The notes under the pieces: generated by a model
Databases searched by the model: none
What the model was told of the DNA's origin: nothing
Seen by the model: the letters and a program-made list of their open reading frames with translations, nothing else
Program-made: the position numbers and the translations under genes
Shown here: piece after piece, positions 1-9,464 of the stretch
Position numbering within the stretch: the stretch's first letter is position 1
How the letters are laid out: each line of letters starts with the position of its first letter
NCBI GenBank assembly: GCA_937625935.1
Contig: OW569380.1
Location: 248,001-312,000, forward strand
Direction of reading: 5' to 3'
Length of the DNA stretch: 64,000 nt
DNA from: Tetramitus jugosus
Taxonomy: Eukaryota; Protista; Heterolobosea

Positions 1-2
1 GT

Positions 3-2312
3 GACAGGAATTATGACATAATTATGGTGTACAACAATGTGTCTTCAACTGGCATGGTAATATCAGTTGGAAACGATGGTTATGTTTCTGCATTGGGGCG
101 CAGTGAATCTCCTCTTTCACTAACATATCCTTCAAATAGAACTCTCTCCAGTAACTCGACATTTAACTTTATCGCGGAGATTTTAGAGAGCCCTCAACTC
201 ACTTGCTTTGGATATGATAAATCTGATTCACGTGTTTGTAGCGGTAGAGGAAAGTGTTGGCAGAACAATATTTGCAATTGCGACGATGGATACTCAGGTA
301 GCAAGTGTCAATACCTTCTATGCAACGGCATCTCCTCGAATGATACTACTGTGTGTAATGGAAGAGGCTCTTGTGAATTGAATGACACTTGTGTCTGTGA
401 AAAAGGATATGTGGGACAGAAGTGCGAGGCGTCTAACGCAACCCTCTGGCTCAGCTCTAATACGATTGGAGACTATCTTTTTGATGATTCATTGATATTG
501 AAGGCAACAGTCGAGTATGCAGGAATCTTTCCTGTGAATGTCTACACTCACTGGATCTTATTTGATGTTGTTGCAGGAACTCAACGAATTTACAATGAAT
601 CCTACACTCTTCACTCTCCGATTCAATTGATGCAAATGAACATCACAGATCTCATCCAACTTCGTCAATACAATGCTACTACCACAATTCAGATCGAGAA
701 CACGACAAACATCGTCTCATCTGAAACACTCTCCATATGGGTACCAATCCGCATCGAGATGAAGTCTCTGACAGTCATACCCACATCTGGCGCCATTCTC
801 TATGATCACTTTTTGTTGGTTACAAATCGCACTGGTGGACCAAGAGTTATGTCTTATCGCTTTGGGTATTTTGATGGAAACAATCGAGTGCTTCTAACCG
901 ATTGGATACGGAGTACTGGTTACAACTTGAATACCACACTTCCTATTCTTGGAAATGTCACCTTGTTCGCTCAGGTGTTACGACAGGCGGATGGCAAAAT
1001 ATTTGAAGCCACAACCACTGTGACAGTGCACAAAGGAGAATCATCAAAAGTGACAGATGTTTTGACTGAACAAGCCAATAATCTATTTCACACCAATGGA
1101 ACTCAGTTCGAAGCTCAATTGACCACCTACACCAATTCTTTGATCAATTCTATTCAAGTCATCTCTGCCAATCAAACATCTCATTTGTTGAGTAATCTGA
1201 TCAATATTGTGCAATCGAAGCAAGATGAACTGAGTGCAACTGTTCAAATCGAAACGATCAGAGCCATCGCTCAACAGTATCTTTATCTCTCAGAAGCATC
1301 AACAGTTCAGACGTCTCTCATCTTGATCAACTCCATTCAAAGAAATGATTCAAAGATAAGTGATTCCATCAGTGTTGCTCACAACTTGGCCAATGTGATG
1401 ATATCAACAAACAGTTCAATGGCTCAAAGAGAATCCTTCTCATCAATGGTGGTTGTGCTGACAGACAAAGTTCGTCAGAACATGACTGATGGTCAAACAG
1501 AAGAAATCTCACTTCCAAACCTTGAAACCGTGATTTCAAGATTGAATTCAACCTCAATGAATGCCAACTCCACAGTGCTTGTGAGACATCCATCTTCAAG
1601 TGACACCAACACAAACACTAAGTTTGTCCAGATTGTTCTCAATCGAGATGTTCTTGCTGATTCTGGAGTTGCCTTTGTTCAAGGTCAAGTGATTGCAAAT
1701 CCTCCAAATCAGTATTCAGACAAGTGCAACACAAGTGGAGTGTCTCCAACTGTCTCAACCACGTTGTTCACAAAGAATCAACAACAAGTTCAGCCAATTG
1801 ATTCTTCAACTCCATTGAGTGAAGCCTCGCTCGTACTTCCCAGCATCTCTTCACTTCGCAATCGATCCGACGATTATCAATATGCTTGCAAGTATTTGAA
1901 CTCTGAAAACAAGAAATGGTTGAGTAATTCCAACATCTGTCGAACCGTGACAATGTCAAAGAGCAACACAACAAGTGAGAATGTGGTTGTTCAATGCGTG
2001 TGCTCTCAATCAGTGAGCCACACTGTTTCATTGGATTACATTCAATCTTCTGAATCTGTTGAAAGTGGCAGCACTTGTTCAAATCCATGTGGATGTTCTT
2101 CAATCGAACACGGTCGAGGGTTGAAAGCATATGCAGTGGCTCTGATTGTGTTGGCATGTTTGACTCTGATGATCATCCTTGCAGTCACTGTCATTGTCTC
2201 AATTATTTTTGTTAAACTGTTGAGCTCTCGCCAGTCAAACTTTGAATCGAAGAAACCAATGAGAGATCCTACTGATGACATTGAAAAGCGATTCGATTCC
2301 ATGTATGAATGA
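3..2312 (+). CDS. EGF/REJ-like/GPS-like single-pass surface receptor, paralog 1 (5'-truncated)
   Basis: Frame is open from the window edge. Two EGF-like repeats, SLTVIPTSG..SYRFGY REJ-like segment, C..W..C..CxC GPS-like motif, one C-terminal TM helix, tail RFDSMYE. Confidence 0.85.
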   Translation, partial: DRNYDIIMVYNNVSSTGMVISVGNDGYVSALGRSESPLSLTYPSNRTLSSNSTFNFIAEILESPQLTCFGYDKSDSRVCSGRGKCWQNNICNCDDGYSGSKCQYLLCNGISSNDTTVCNGRGSCELNDTCVCEKGYVGQKCEASNATLWLSSNTIGDYLFDDSLILKATVEYAGIFPVNVYTHWILFDVVAGTQRIYNESYTLHSPIQLMQMNITDLIQLRQYNATTTIQIENTTNIVSSETLSIWVPIRIEMKSLTVIPTSGAILYDHFLLVTNRTGGPRVMSYRFGYFDGNNRVLLTDWIRSTGYNLNTTLPILGNVTLFAQVLRQADGKIFEATTTVTVHKGESSKVTDVLTEQANNLFHTNGTQFEAQLTTYTNSLINSIQVISANQTSHLLSNLINIVQSKQDELSATVQIETIRAIAQQYLYLSEASTVQTSLILINSIQRNDSKISDSISVAHNLANVMISTNSSMAQRESFSSMVVVLTDKVRQNMTDGQTEEISLPNLETVISRLNSTSMNANSTVLVRHPSSSDTNTNTKFVQIVLNRDVLADSGVAFVQGQVIANPPNQYSDKCNTSGVSPTVSTTLFTKNQQQVQPIDSSTPLSEASLVLPSISSLRNRSDDYQYACKYLNSENKKWLSNSNICRTVTMSKSNTTSENVVVQCVCSQSVSHTVSLDYIQSSESVESGSTCSNPCGCSSIEHGRGLKAYAVALIVLACLTLMIILAVTVIVSIIFVKLLSSRQSNFESKKPMRDPTDDIEKRFDSMYE
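1293..2109 (+). repeat. ~817-bp near-identical tract, copy 1 (copy 2 at 4998..5814)
   Basis: Direct comparison at constant offset 3705; about a dozen mismatches counted by eye. Confidence 0.95.
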
Positions 2313-2591
2313 AAACCTACTGTTACAATTAAATTGTTCACGATCTTCTTACCTTTTCTGTTGATGTGTGGATGAGATAGTGACCTGAAATTTTACGTCA
2401 TCGATTAAAAGTAGATATGAACAGTCCATATTTGGGAATTGTGACCCTTTGAAGGACTTTTGTGATTGTAAAGCGAGGGGAACTGGCCTATGGAACATTG
2501 GGAGGGAAATTCAGATTATCCGGACTTTGACTTGTGATGTTTGAAGAAAAGATAGTGCCAAACCTTCGAAGATACAAGCGCAACAAAAATC

Positions 2592-5500
2592 ATGTTACGA
2601 GTAATGGTACGACTTTGTTTCCTTTGTCTCACAGCAATTGCGTTTGCTGTTTATTGTTTTCCATTGGTTCACTGTGACCGGAGCATTACGTTTGGTAAAA
2701 TAGAGATTATTGACGATGTCACTGATGATTATCAAGTCACTGGAATTCAAGTATACAACAAAGCCATAATCTATCGATCTTTGCTGAACAAGGATCTTCC
2801 AACAGGAAACTTCACCAAGAAAACCATTCTGGCCAAGTTCAATGCCACAGAAACCAAGTATGACTGGATGATTGATATTGACACTGGTGATGAGCACTTT
2901 GTTCCCATCTTCTTGCCTTGTTGTGATCAGAGAAGTGTCATTGTGGTATTTTCAAACTGCACGAACGATGTTGTTCCATTTCATCAAAGAGCGAAAGGTG
3001 ATGGCAGCCCTTACACACTAATGATCAAGCTGGATGAGTTTGGTGCAGTTGTTTGGAACAAGACTGTTCGGGCTACTGCACCGAATATTGGTGGCGTTGT
3101 GACAACCGATGCATACAATGTTTGCAATCAAGGGGAAGATACTATCTACCTCATTGGTCTCACGAATCATACCATTACATTCGATTGTCTAACCAAAGCA
3201 CCAGTCGACGACCCCATGAGTGTGATCTCACAGTACAGCCACGAAGGAAATTGTCTATGGGCTGCAGCAGTATCAAATGCAACCTTGACTCATCTTGAAT
3301 TTGGGTCGGAAATTTACGTGACCGGTCGTCTGTACGGTGATTCTAACTTCGGTTATTCGTTCGTTCAGGGTTGTTCCTCTCCTTGTATTTTTGTGGCAGT
3401 GTTGATCCCAGATGGTGGTGCTGTTTTACGTTCACTCGCGCTTCAATATCCTACTCCTCGGCCAATTGGTATTTCCATGTCTAATGAGAGTATTCTGTCA
3501 GTTTATTTTACTACGTCATGTCAACAGGATCTCTTATGCTTCATGAGACACGATCTCTTTTCTCATAATTTAACTCAAGTTTCGGTGGGAGTGATGATTC
3601 TTGGTGAAAGATTCATAAATAGCATGGATATCTATGGTATCGACCAATCAGTTTATTTGACAGGAACAGAGTCCCTGGAGCATGAGACTCGCGCTTTTGT
3701 GGCCAAGGTGAACACAAGTAGCATGGGTTTCTGGACTTTTGATACTCTCGAATTGTCGAATGGTCTTTCGTCAACTGGGTTGAAAATATCAGTTGGAAGT
3801 GATGGTTATGTGTCAGCTTTGGGACGCAGTGAACTACCCTATGCGATTTCGTTGAGTAGAATTCTCCACAGTAACTCTACATTCAACTACATTGCAGAGA
3901 TTTTGGATCACCCTCAAGTCACTTGCTTTGGGTATTCTTCTTATGACAAAGGTGTTTGCGGTGGAAGAGGAGAATGTGAGAGAGAGAACATTTGCAACTG
4001 TGATTATGGATTTTCTGGTCTAAATTGCGACGACAGCGTTTGCAATGGTGTTCCATCGATTGACCCAACTGTTTGCAATGGAAGAGGCTCTTGTGTACTG
4101 AACGATACTTGTTTATGTGAAAAAGGATTCATGGGACAAAATTGTGAGGCGTCTAATGCCATCGTTTGGCTCAGCTCTAATGCGCTGGAAGGACTTTTTG
4201 GGAGTACCTTAACATTGAGCACTACAATTGAATATGGAGGAGTGTTTCCAGTGGATATCTACGCTCGCTGGATCTTACTTGATGATGTTGCAGGAACTCA
4301 ACGAATTTATAACGAATCCTACACTCTTCACTCACCAGTTCAATTGATTCAATTGAACATCACAGATCTCATCCGAATTCGTCAATACAATGCTACTGCC
4401 ACAATTCAGATCGAGAACACGACAAACATTATTTCATCCACAGCCCTATCGTTTTGGGTAGGACGGAATCTAGAAATGAAGTCTCTGACAGTCATACCCA
4501 CATCTGGCGCCATTCTCTATGATCACTTTTTGTTGGTTACGAACATTAGTGCAAACTTTTTTTATCGATTTGGATATGTCGATGGAAACAATAATCAGGT
4601 GTTTCTATCTGATTGGGTAATGAGGTTATCCTCCTTTAATACCACACTCCCTATACTTGGCAATGTCACCCTGTTTGCTCAAGTCTCAGTACGAAATAGA
4701 ACAGTGTATGAAGGAACAGCCATTGTGACAGTGTATCCAGGAGAGCCATCAAAGGTGACAAATGTGTTGACTGAACAAGCCAATGATCTATCTCACACCA
4801 ATGGAACTCAGTTCGAAACCCAATTGACAACTTACACCACTTCGCTGATCAATTCTATTCAAGTCATCCCTGCCAATCAAACATCTCGATTGTTGAGCAA
4901 CTTGATCAACATAGTCAATGCGAAACAAGAGGAACTCAGTACAGCTGGGCAAATTGAAGCAGTGAAAGCCATCTCTCGGCAATATCAATATCTTTCGGAA
5001 GCATCAACAGTTCAGACGTCTCTCATCTTGATCAACTCAATTCAAAGAAATGATTCAAAGATAAGTGATTCCATCAGTGTTGCTCACAACTTGGCCAATG
5101 TGATGATATCAACAAACAGTTCAATGGCTCAAAGAGAATCCTTCTCATCAATGGTGGTTGTGCTGACAGACAAAGTTCGTCAGAACATGACTGATGGCCA
5201 AACAGAAGAAATCTCACTTCCAAACCTTGAAACCGTGATTTCAAGATTGAATTCAACCTCAATGAATGCCAACTCCACAGTGCTTGTGAGACATCCATCT
5301 TCAAGTGGCACAAATACAAATACTAAGTTTGTCCAGATTGTTCTCAATCGAGATGTTCTCGCTGATTCTGGAGTTGCCTTTGTTCAAGGTCAAGTGATTG
5401 CAAATCCTCCAAATCAGTATTCAGACAAGTGCAACACAAGTGGAGTGTCTCCAACTGTCTCAACCATGTTGTTCACAAAGAATCAACAACAAGTTCAGTC

Positions 5501-6026
5501 AGTGGATTCTTCAACTCCATTGAGTGAAGCCTCGCTCGTACTTCCCAGCATCTCTTCACTTCGCAATCGATCCGATGATTATCAATATGCTTGCAAGTAT
5601 TTGAACTCTGAAAACAAGAAATGGTTGAGTAATTCCAACATCTGTCGAACCGTGACAATGTCAAAGAGCAACACAACAAGTGAGAATGTGGTTGTTCAAT
5701 GCGTGTGCTCTCAATCAGTGAGCCACACTGTTTCATTGGATTACATTCAATCTTCTGAATCTGTTGAAAGTGGCAGCACTTGTTCAAATCCATGTGGATG
5801 TTCTTCAATCGAACGAGGAAATCAACCAAGAAGAATGAAGGCATATGCAATTGCTCTCATTGTGCTGGCATGTTTGACTCTGGCGATAATCATTGCTGTC
5901 ATTGTTGTTGTCTCGATCGTTGTTGTTAAACTGTTGGGCAAAGGACAGTCAAAGTATGAACTGAAGAAACCCAGGAGAGCTCCAACTGACGAAATTGAAC
6001 AAAGATTTGACTCCATGTATGACTAG
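2592..6026 (+). CDS. EGF/REJ-like/GPS-like single-pass surface receptor, paralog 2
   Basis: 1144 aa; signal peptide, beta-rich head, 2 EGF repeats, REJ-like and GPS-like regions, TM helix, tail RFDSMYD. Confidence 0.88.
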   Translation: MLRVMVRLCFLCLTAIAFAVYCFPLVHCDRSITFGKIEIIDDVTDDYQVTGIQVYNKAIIYRSLLNKDLPTGNFTKKTILAKFNATETKYDWMIDIDTGDEHFVPIFLPCCDQRSVIVVFSNCTNDVVPFHQRAKGDGSPYTLMIKLDEFGAVVWNKTVRATAPNIGGVVTTDAYNVCNQGEDTIYLIGLTNHTITFDCLTKAPVDDPMSVISQYSHEGNCLWAAAVSNATLTHLEFGSEIYVTGRLYGDSNFGYSFVQGCSSPCIFVAVLIPDGGAVLRSLALQYPTPRPIGISMSNESILSVYFTTSCQQDLLCFMRHDLFSHNLTQVSVGVMILGERFINSMDIYGIDQSVYLTGTESLEHETRAFVAKVNTSSMGFWTFDTLELSNGLSSTGLKISVGSDGYVSALGRSELPYAISLSRILHSNSTFNYIAEILDHPQVTCFGYSSYDKGVCGGRGECERENICNCDYGFSGLNCDDSVCNGVPSIDPTVCNGRGSCVLNDTCLCEKGFMGQNCEASNAIVWLSSNALEGLFGSTLTLSTTIEYGGVFPVDIYARWILLDDVAGTQRIYNESYTLHSPVQLIQLNITDLIRIRQYNATATIQIENTTNIISSTALSFWVGRNLEMKSLTVIPTSGAILYDHFLLVTNISANFFYRFGYVDGNNNQVFLSDWVMRLSSFNTTLPILGNVTLFAQVSVRNRTVYEGTAIVTVYPGEPSKVTNVLTEQANDLSHTNGTQFETQLTTYTTSLINSIQVIPANQTSRLLSNLINIVNAKQEELSTAGQIEAVKAISRQYQYLSEASTVQTSLILINSIQRNDSKISDSISVAHNLANVMISTNSSMAQRESFSSMVVVLTDKVRQNMTDGQTEEISLPNLETVISRLNSTSMNANSTVLVRHPSSSGTNTNTKFVQIVLNRDVLADSGVAFVQGQVIANPPNQYSDKCNTSGVSPTVSTMLFTKNQQQVQSVDSSTPLSEASLVLPSISSLRNRSDDYQYACKYLNSENKKWLSNSNICRTVTMSKSNTTSENVVVQCVCSQSVSHTVSLDYIQSSESVESGSTCSNPCGCSSIERGNQPRRMKAYAIALIVLACLTLAIIIAVIVVVSIVVVKLLGKGQSKYELKKPRRAPTDEIEQRFDSMYD
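4998..5814 (+). repeat. ~817-bp near-identical tract, copy 2
   Basis: Matches 1293..2109. Confidence 0.95.
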
Positions 6027-6193
6027 TTCGTAGAGTAATCAGTGTCTACTTGGATATATTTGACAAGTCGCGTTCTGGGAACTCCTTGAAAAACGGCGGT
6101 TCTTCTACAGTGCATCTAAAAATATCAACCGAGAAATTTGAACATCATATAATTATACTAAATACCGATCGATTCGTTCCTATCCTGAGTTAG

Positions 6194-6201
6194 TATAAAT
6201 A
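6194..6201 (+). promoter_or_regulatory. putative TATA box
   Basis: TATAAATA flanked by CCTGAG direct repeats, ~95 nt upstream of ATG 6296. Confidence 0.45.
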
Positions 6202-6295
6202 CCTGAGCTCAATTCTTTTTCTTTCATCCACATAGCAAATAACTCACAAAGAAACCAACCAGCGGTAATACAATAACCTAGAAACAATAACAAAG

Positions 6296-6919
6296 ATGGT
6301 CGAAACACAAAAGAACATTCAAGCTCAACCAGTACTTGACAAGGTTGAAACTCAAGTCCACAAGGAAGTGATTGACAAGCCAAGTATTCACCAAACTGTG
6401 AGACAACAGGAAATTGAAGTGCACGAGCGGCCAGTGATCAAACAAGTGATCCATCCAGAGAAGGAAGTGCACATTCAGGAGAGAGATCAATTTGAGACAG
6501 TCGGTCTTAAGGAAGCTCAATTCCAGAGAGATCAAGTCATGAAGGATATTGAAGCATCCAGTGCAAGTCATCCAATCTCCTATGAAAAGAAGGAAGTGTC
6601 CTCTGTTTCTTCAATGGCTCCTTCTCACTCACAACAAAAGGTTGTGACAAAGGAAGTGATTGATAAACCAATCGTCACTGAAGTGCATCACCAACCAGTG
6701 AGGGAAGTTCATGAAGCTGATATTCATAGAACTGTCTATGAGGCACCAAAGGTTACCGTTGTTCGTGAAGCTCCACTCAGTGAAACTGTTACAACCACCG
6801 GTGTTCCATTGACCACAACAACAACCACTACCACCACTGCTTCATCCACTGGTGGCACTTCTTTGGGACAAAAACTTCACAACTTGAAGGAAAATGTCAA
6901 GGAGAAGTTGAATTTGTAA
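6296..6919 (+). CDS. hydrophilic V/E/H/Q-rich protein with duplicated KEVIDKP module (LEA/dehydrin-like candidate)
   Basis: 207-aa ORF, internal repeat, poly-Thr, amphipathic C-terminus; AATAAA directly after the stop. Confidence 0.8.
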   Translation: MVETQKNIQAQPVLDKVETQVHKEVIDKPSIHQTVRQQEIEVHERPVIKQVIHPEKEVHIQERDQFETVGLKEAQFQRDQVMKDIEASSASHPISYEKKEVSSVSSMAPSHSQQKVVTKEVIDKPIVTEVHHQPVREVHEADIHRTVYEAPKVTVVREAPLSETVTTTGVPLTTTTTTTTTASSTGGTSLGQKLHNLKENVKEKLNL

Positions 6920-7058
6920 ATAAAACAATGAAAATCTGTACAGAATTCGAACCAACCTTATTTGCTGTCCACAACAACTTTGAGAATATTGGCATCAAAC
7001 GATGTACATCTTTTTTGTTGCAAAGTGTTGTAATGGTTCTTTATGAGCACACTTACAT

Positions 7059-8495
7059 TCATGTCAAGTCATCCTCTGGCTGCACACGCTTCAATGCAAT
7101 AATTACACGCTCTACTCCACCGAGATCCTTATCGACACTCAGTAGTCTCATCTTGTGAGATTGCAGAATCAATTGTCTCACATTGTGACTCTGATCATAC
7201 CCAATCTCCAGAGCCAACAAGCCTCCATCATCCAACAGCGCAGTCTCATCACACAATCGTACAATGTGACGATAGAAATCGAGACCGTCTTGTCCGCCAT
7301 CAAGTGCACGAATCGGTTCATGTTCCTTGACTTCGCGAGATAATTGAGGAATGACTGAGGAACGAATGTACGGTGGATTGCTCACAATCACATTGAACGA
7401 CCCAATCTCTTCCAATTGTTGTTCATTGAGCTTGAACACATCCTGATGAACAAACTCTACCTGTCGATGTTTTCGATGACCACCACCACCAACACTACCA
7501 CTACCATTACTGCTACTGCTATTGCTAGCATTGCGAGTGAGATGAGACAAGAGTCGATTGGCATTCTTTCTAGCAACTTGAAGTGCATCAAAAGAGATAT
7601 CAAGTGCCATTCCAGTCACCATGTGATGATCCGTGTCATTCGACAGCTCACACAACAGTGTAGTAATGAGACAACCAGACCCTGTTCCAATATCCAATAT
7701 TCTCACAACACTGTCCTTCATGTGATGCCTAATGTGATGCAGGGTGGACTCAATGAGCACTTCAGAGTCCATTCTCGGTATGAGCACGTGATCATTGACG
7801 AAAAATTCGCGACCAAAAAACATGCTCTGACCCGTGAGGTACTGTAGTGGCTGATGCGTGTGCGCGCGCAATTTGATGAGCGAACTAAAATTTTCATACT
7901 GTTGGCGGGAAAGTAAAACTCCGCCTTCTCCGATCCGACCAGAACGAGAATCGTAGAGAGCTCTCTTGCATTCCTTGTAGTCCATGTTGAGCACATGAGC
8001 CAACAACTGAAGACTCTCATCATGAAAATCAACATGTCCTTGTTCAAATATTTCATTTTCCTGAGCTGGATTCAATGACGACGAAGATGACAATTGTGAA
8101 GAAGTGGATGATGGAAAATGCAGAGTCAAATATTGATCTCCCCAATTGAACACTGTTCGAAGTGGATAGGAATCTTGTAAATCAACGTCTTGTAAGAGTG
8201 GAGGTGCTGATGCACTCGTATGATTGTTGGTTGTTGTTGGTGTTGTTGTTGTTGTTGGAATATGATTATTATTAGTATTAGGATTAGGATTGATGTGATA
8301 ATTGTTGATGATAGGAGTGCTAGTAGTAGAGTAGGAGGAGCAGTGAATGGGAGAATAGGAGAAACGGTGAATCATGTTTGAAGTGGCGCCAAGTTTTGAT
8401 AACAACGAATCGTAGTCGTAGTGACTTTGAGGGTTCAAAATTTTGGCGCGAAACTTTCGGAGGGAATCGGAGGCGTTGCGATTGAATCGGAGCAT
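7059..8495 (-). CDS. HEMK1: HemK/PrmC release-factor glutamine methyltransferase, probably mitochondrial
   Basis: PLQYLTG, VLIPR, LDIGTGSGC SAM motif, SNPPY, ALDGG.DGL; Arg-rich N-terminus. Confidence 0.93.
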   Translation of the reverse strand: MLRFNRNASDSLRKFRAKILNPQSHYDYDSLLSKLGATSNMIHRFSYSPIHCSSYSTTSTPIINNYHINPNPNTNNNHIPTTTTTPTTTNNHTSASAPPLLQDVDLQDSYPLRTVFNWGDQYLTLHFPSSTSSQLSSSSSLNPAQENEIFEQGHVDFHDESLQLLAHVLNMDYKECKRALYDSRSGRIGEGGVLLSRQQYENFSSLIKLRAHTHQPLQYLTGQSMFFGREFFVNDHVLIPRMDSEVLIESTLHHIRHHMKDSVVRILDIGTGSGCLITTLLCELSNDTDHHMVTGMALDISFDALQVARKNANRLLSHLTRNASNSSSSNGSGSVGGGGHRKHRQVEFVHQDVFKLNEQQLEEIGSFNVIVSNPPYIRSSVIPQLSREVKEHEPIRALDGGQDGLDFYRHIVRLCDETALLDDGGLLALEIGYDQSHNVRQLILQSHKMRLLSVDKDLGGVERVIIALKRVQPEDDLT

Positions 8496-9464
8496 TTTGC
8501 AGTCAATAAAAATTAGCCAATGAGTTGGGTGATGATGTTTGCTTGATTTGAGTTGTTTTTTCTGATAACAATCAAAGAAGAATTGGCTTTTGGCTCAATG
8601 GTTTGATGTTTGTCGTCGTTGGTTTTTTTCAGCGAATTCTGTCGTGACGAAAAACACGACTGCTGTTTTTGGATGACGTGTAAGTGGTTTTCGCTTTGTT
8701 GGTGGTTACAATCAACCGTTCGTGCTATGCAAACGGATATCACTGACCAACACTTGTTTTAGGTTGGTGGAGAGGGTGGTGACCAATATCTGTTTCCAGT
8801 GTTATTGTTTCGTGTTCACTGTTCTTGTTGATCGTTGGTTCGAGTTGCGTGCTATCATTGCTGATTCATGGTTTGAATCTGGACTAAAATTATCACCGAA
8901 AAGTAAACTGACCTGGTCCAGCTTTCAGATAGTAAAAACTGTAAAATCCATTGCTTGCTAGAACATTCGAGTCGAAACTTACCCAGGTTCTAAAAAATCT
9001 TCTTGATCGTTCCATGAAACGTGCGTTTCTTTCTACGATCAACAACCTAAATGTGAACCTCTCCAAAACTGAAACCAGAAAAACACGTACACTTTGATCA
9101 AACAGCAGTTGGTGGTCCAATTATTCAAAAGCAAAACATCACAAAAACAAACCAAATCGACATCTTTTCCTCCACTTCAAATATTAAGGAGAAATCGATT
9201 TTTAGTCCGAATTTGATTGATCTGTTCGCATCATCCGGACCCTAGAAGCTTCGCACCTGACACCCCCCAGCTTGCCGCAAGCAACAAAAATCGAAGAAGA
9301 ATCGAAAAACGGCATCACAATATCTTGCATCATCTCACATTTTAATAATAGACTTATCAACAACACAACAAAAACAAGACACTCAACTGCCTCAAAACCC
9401 ATTGACACAGCAGTAGCAGTATAGAACTATCAACTAACAACATCTTATTTATTCATTGAAAAAT

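Noticed and set aside
8530-8570. C/D-box snoRNA (TGATGA..CTGA)
   Set aside because: Too short, no terminal stem, and lies in low-complexity promoter sequence
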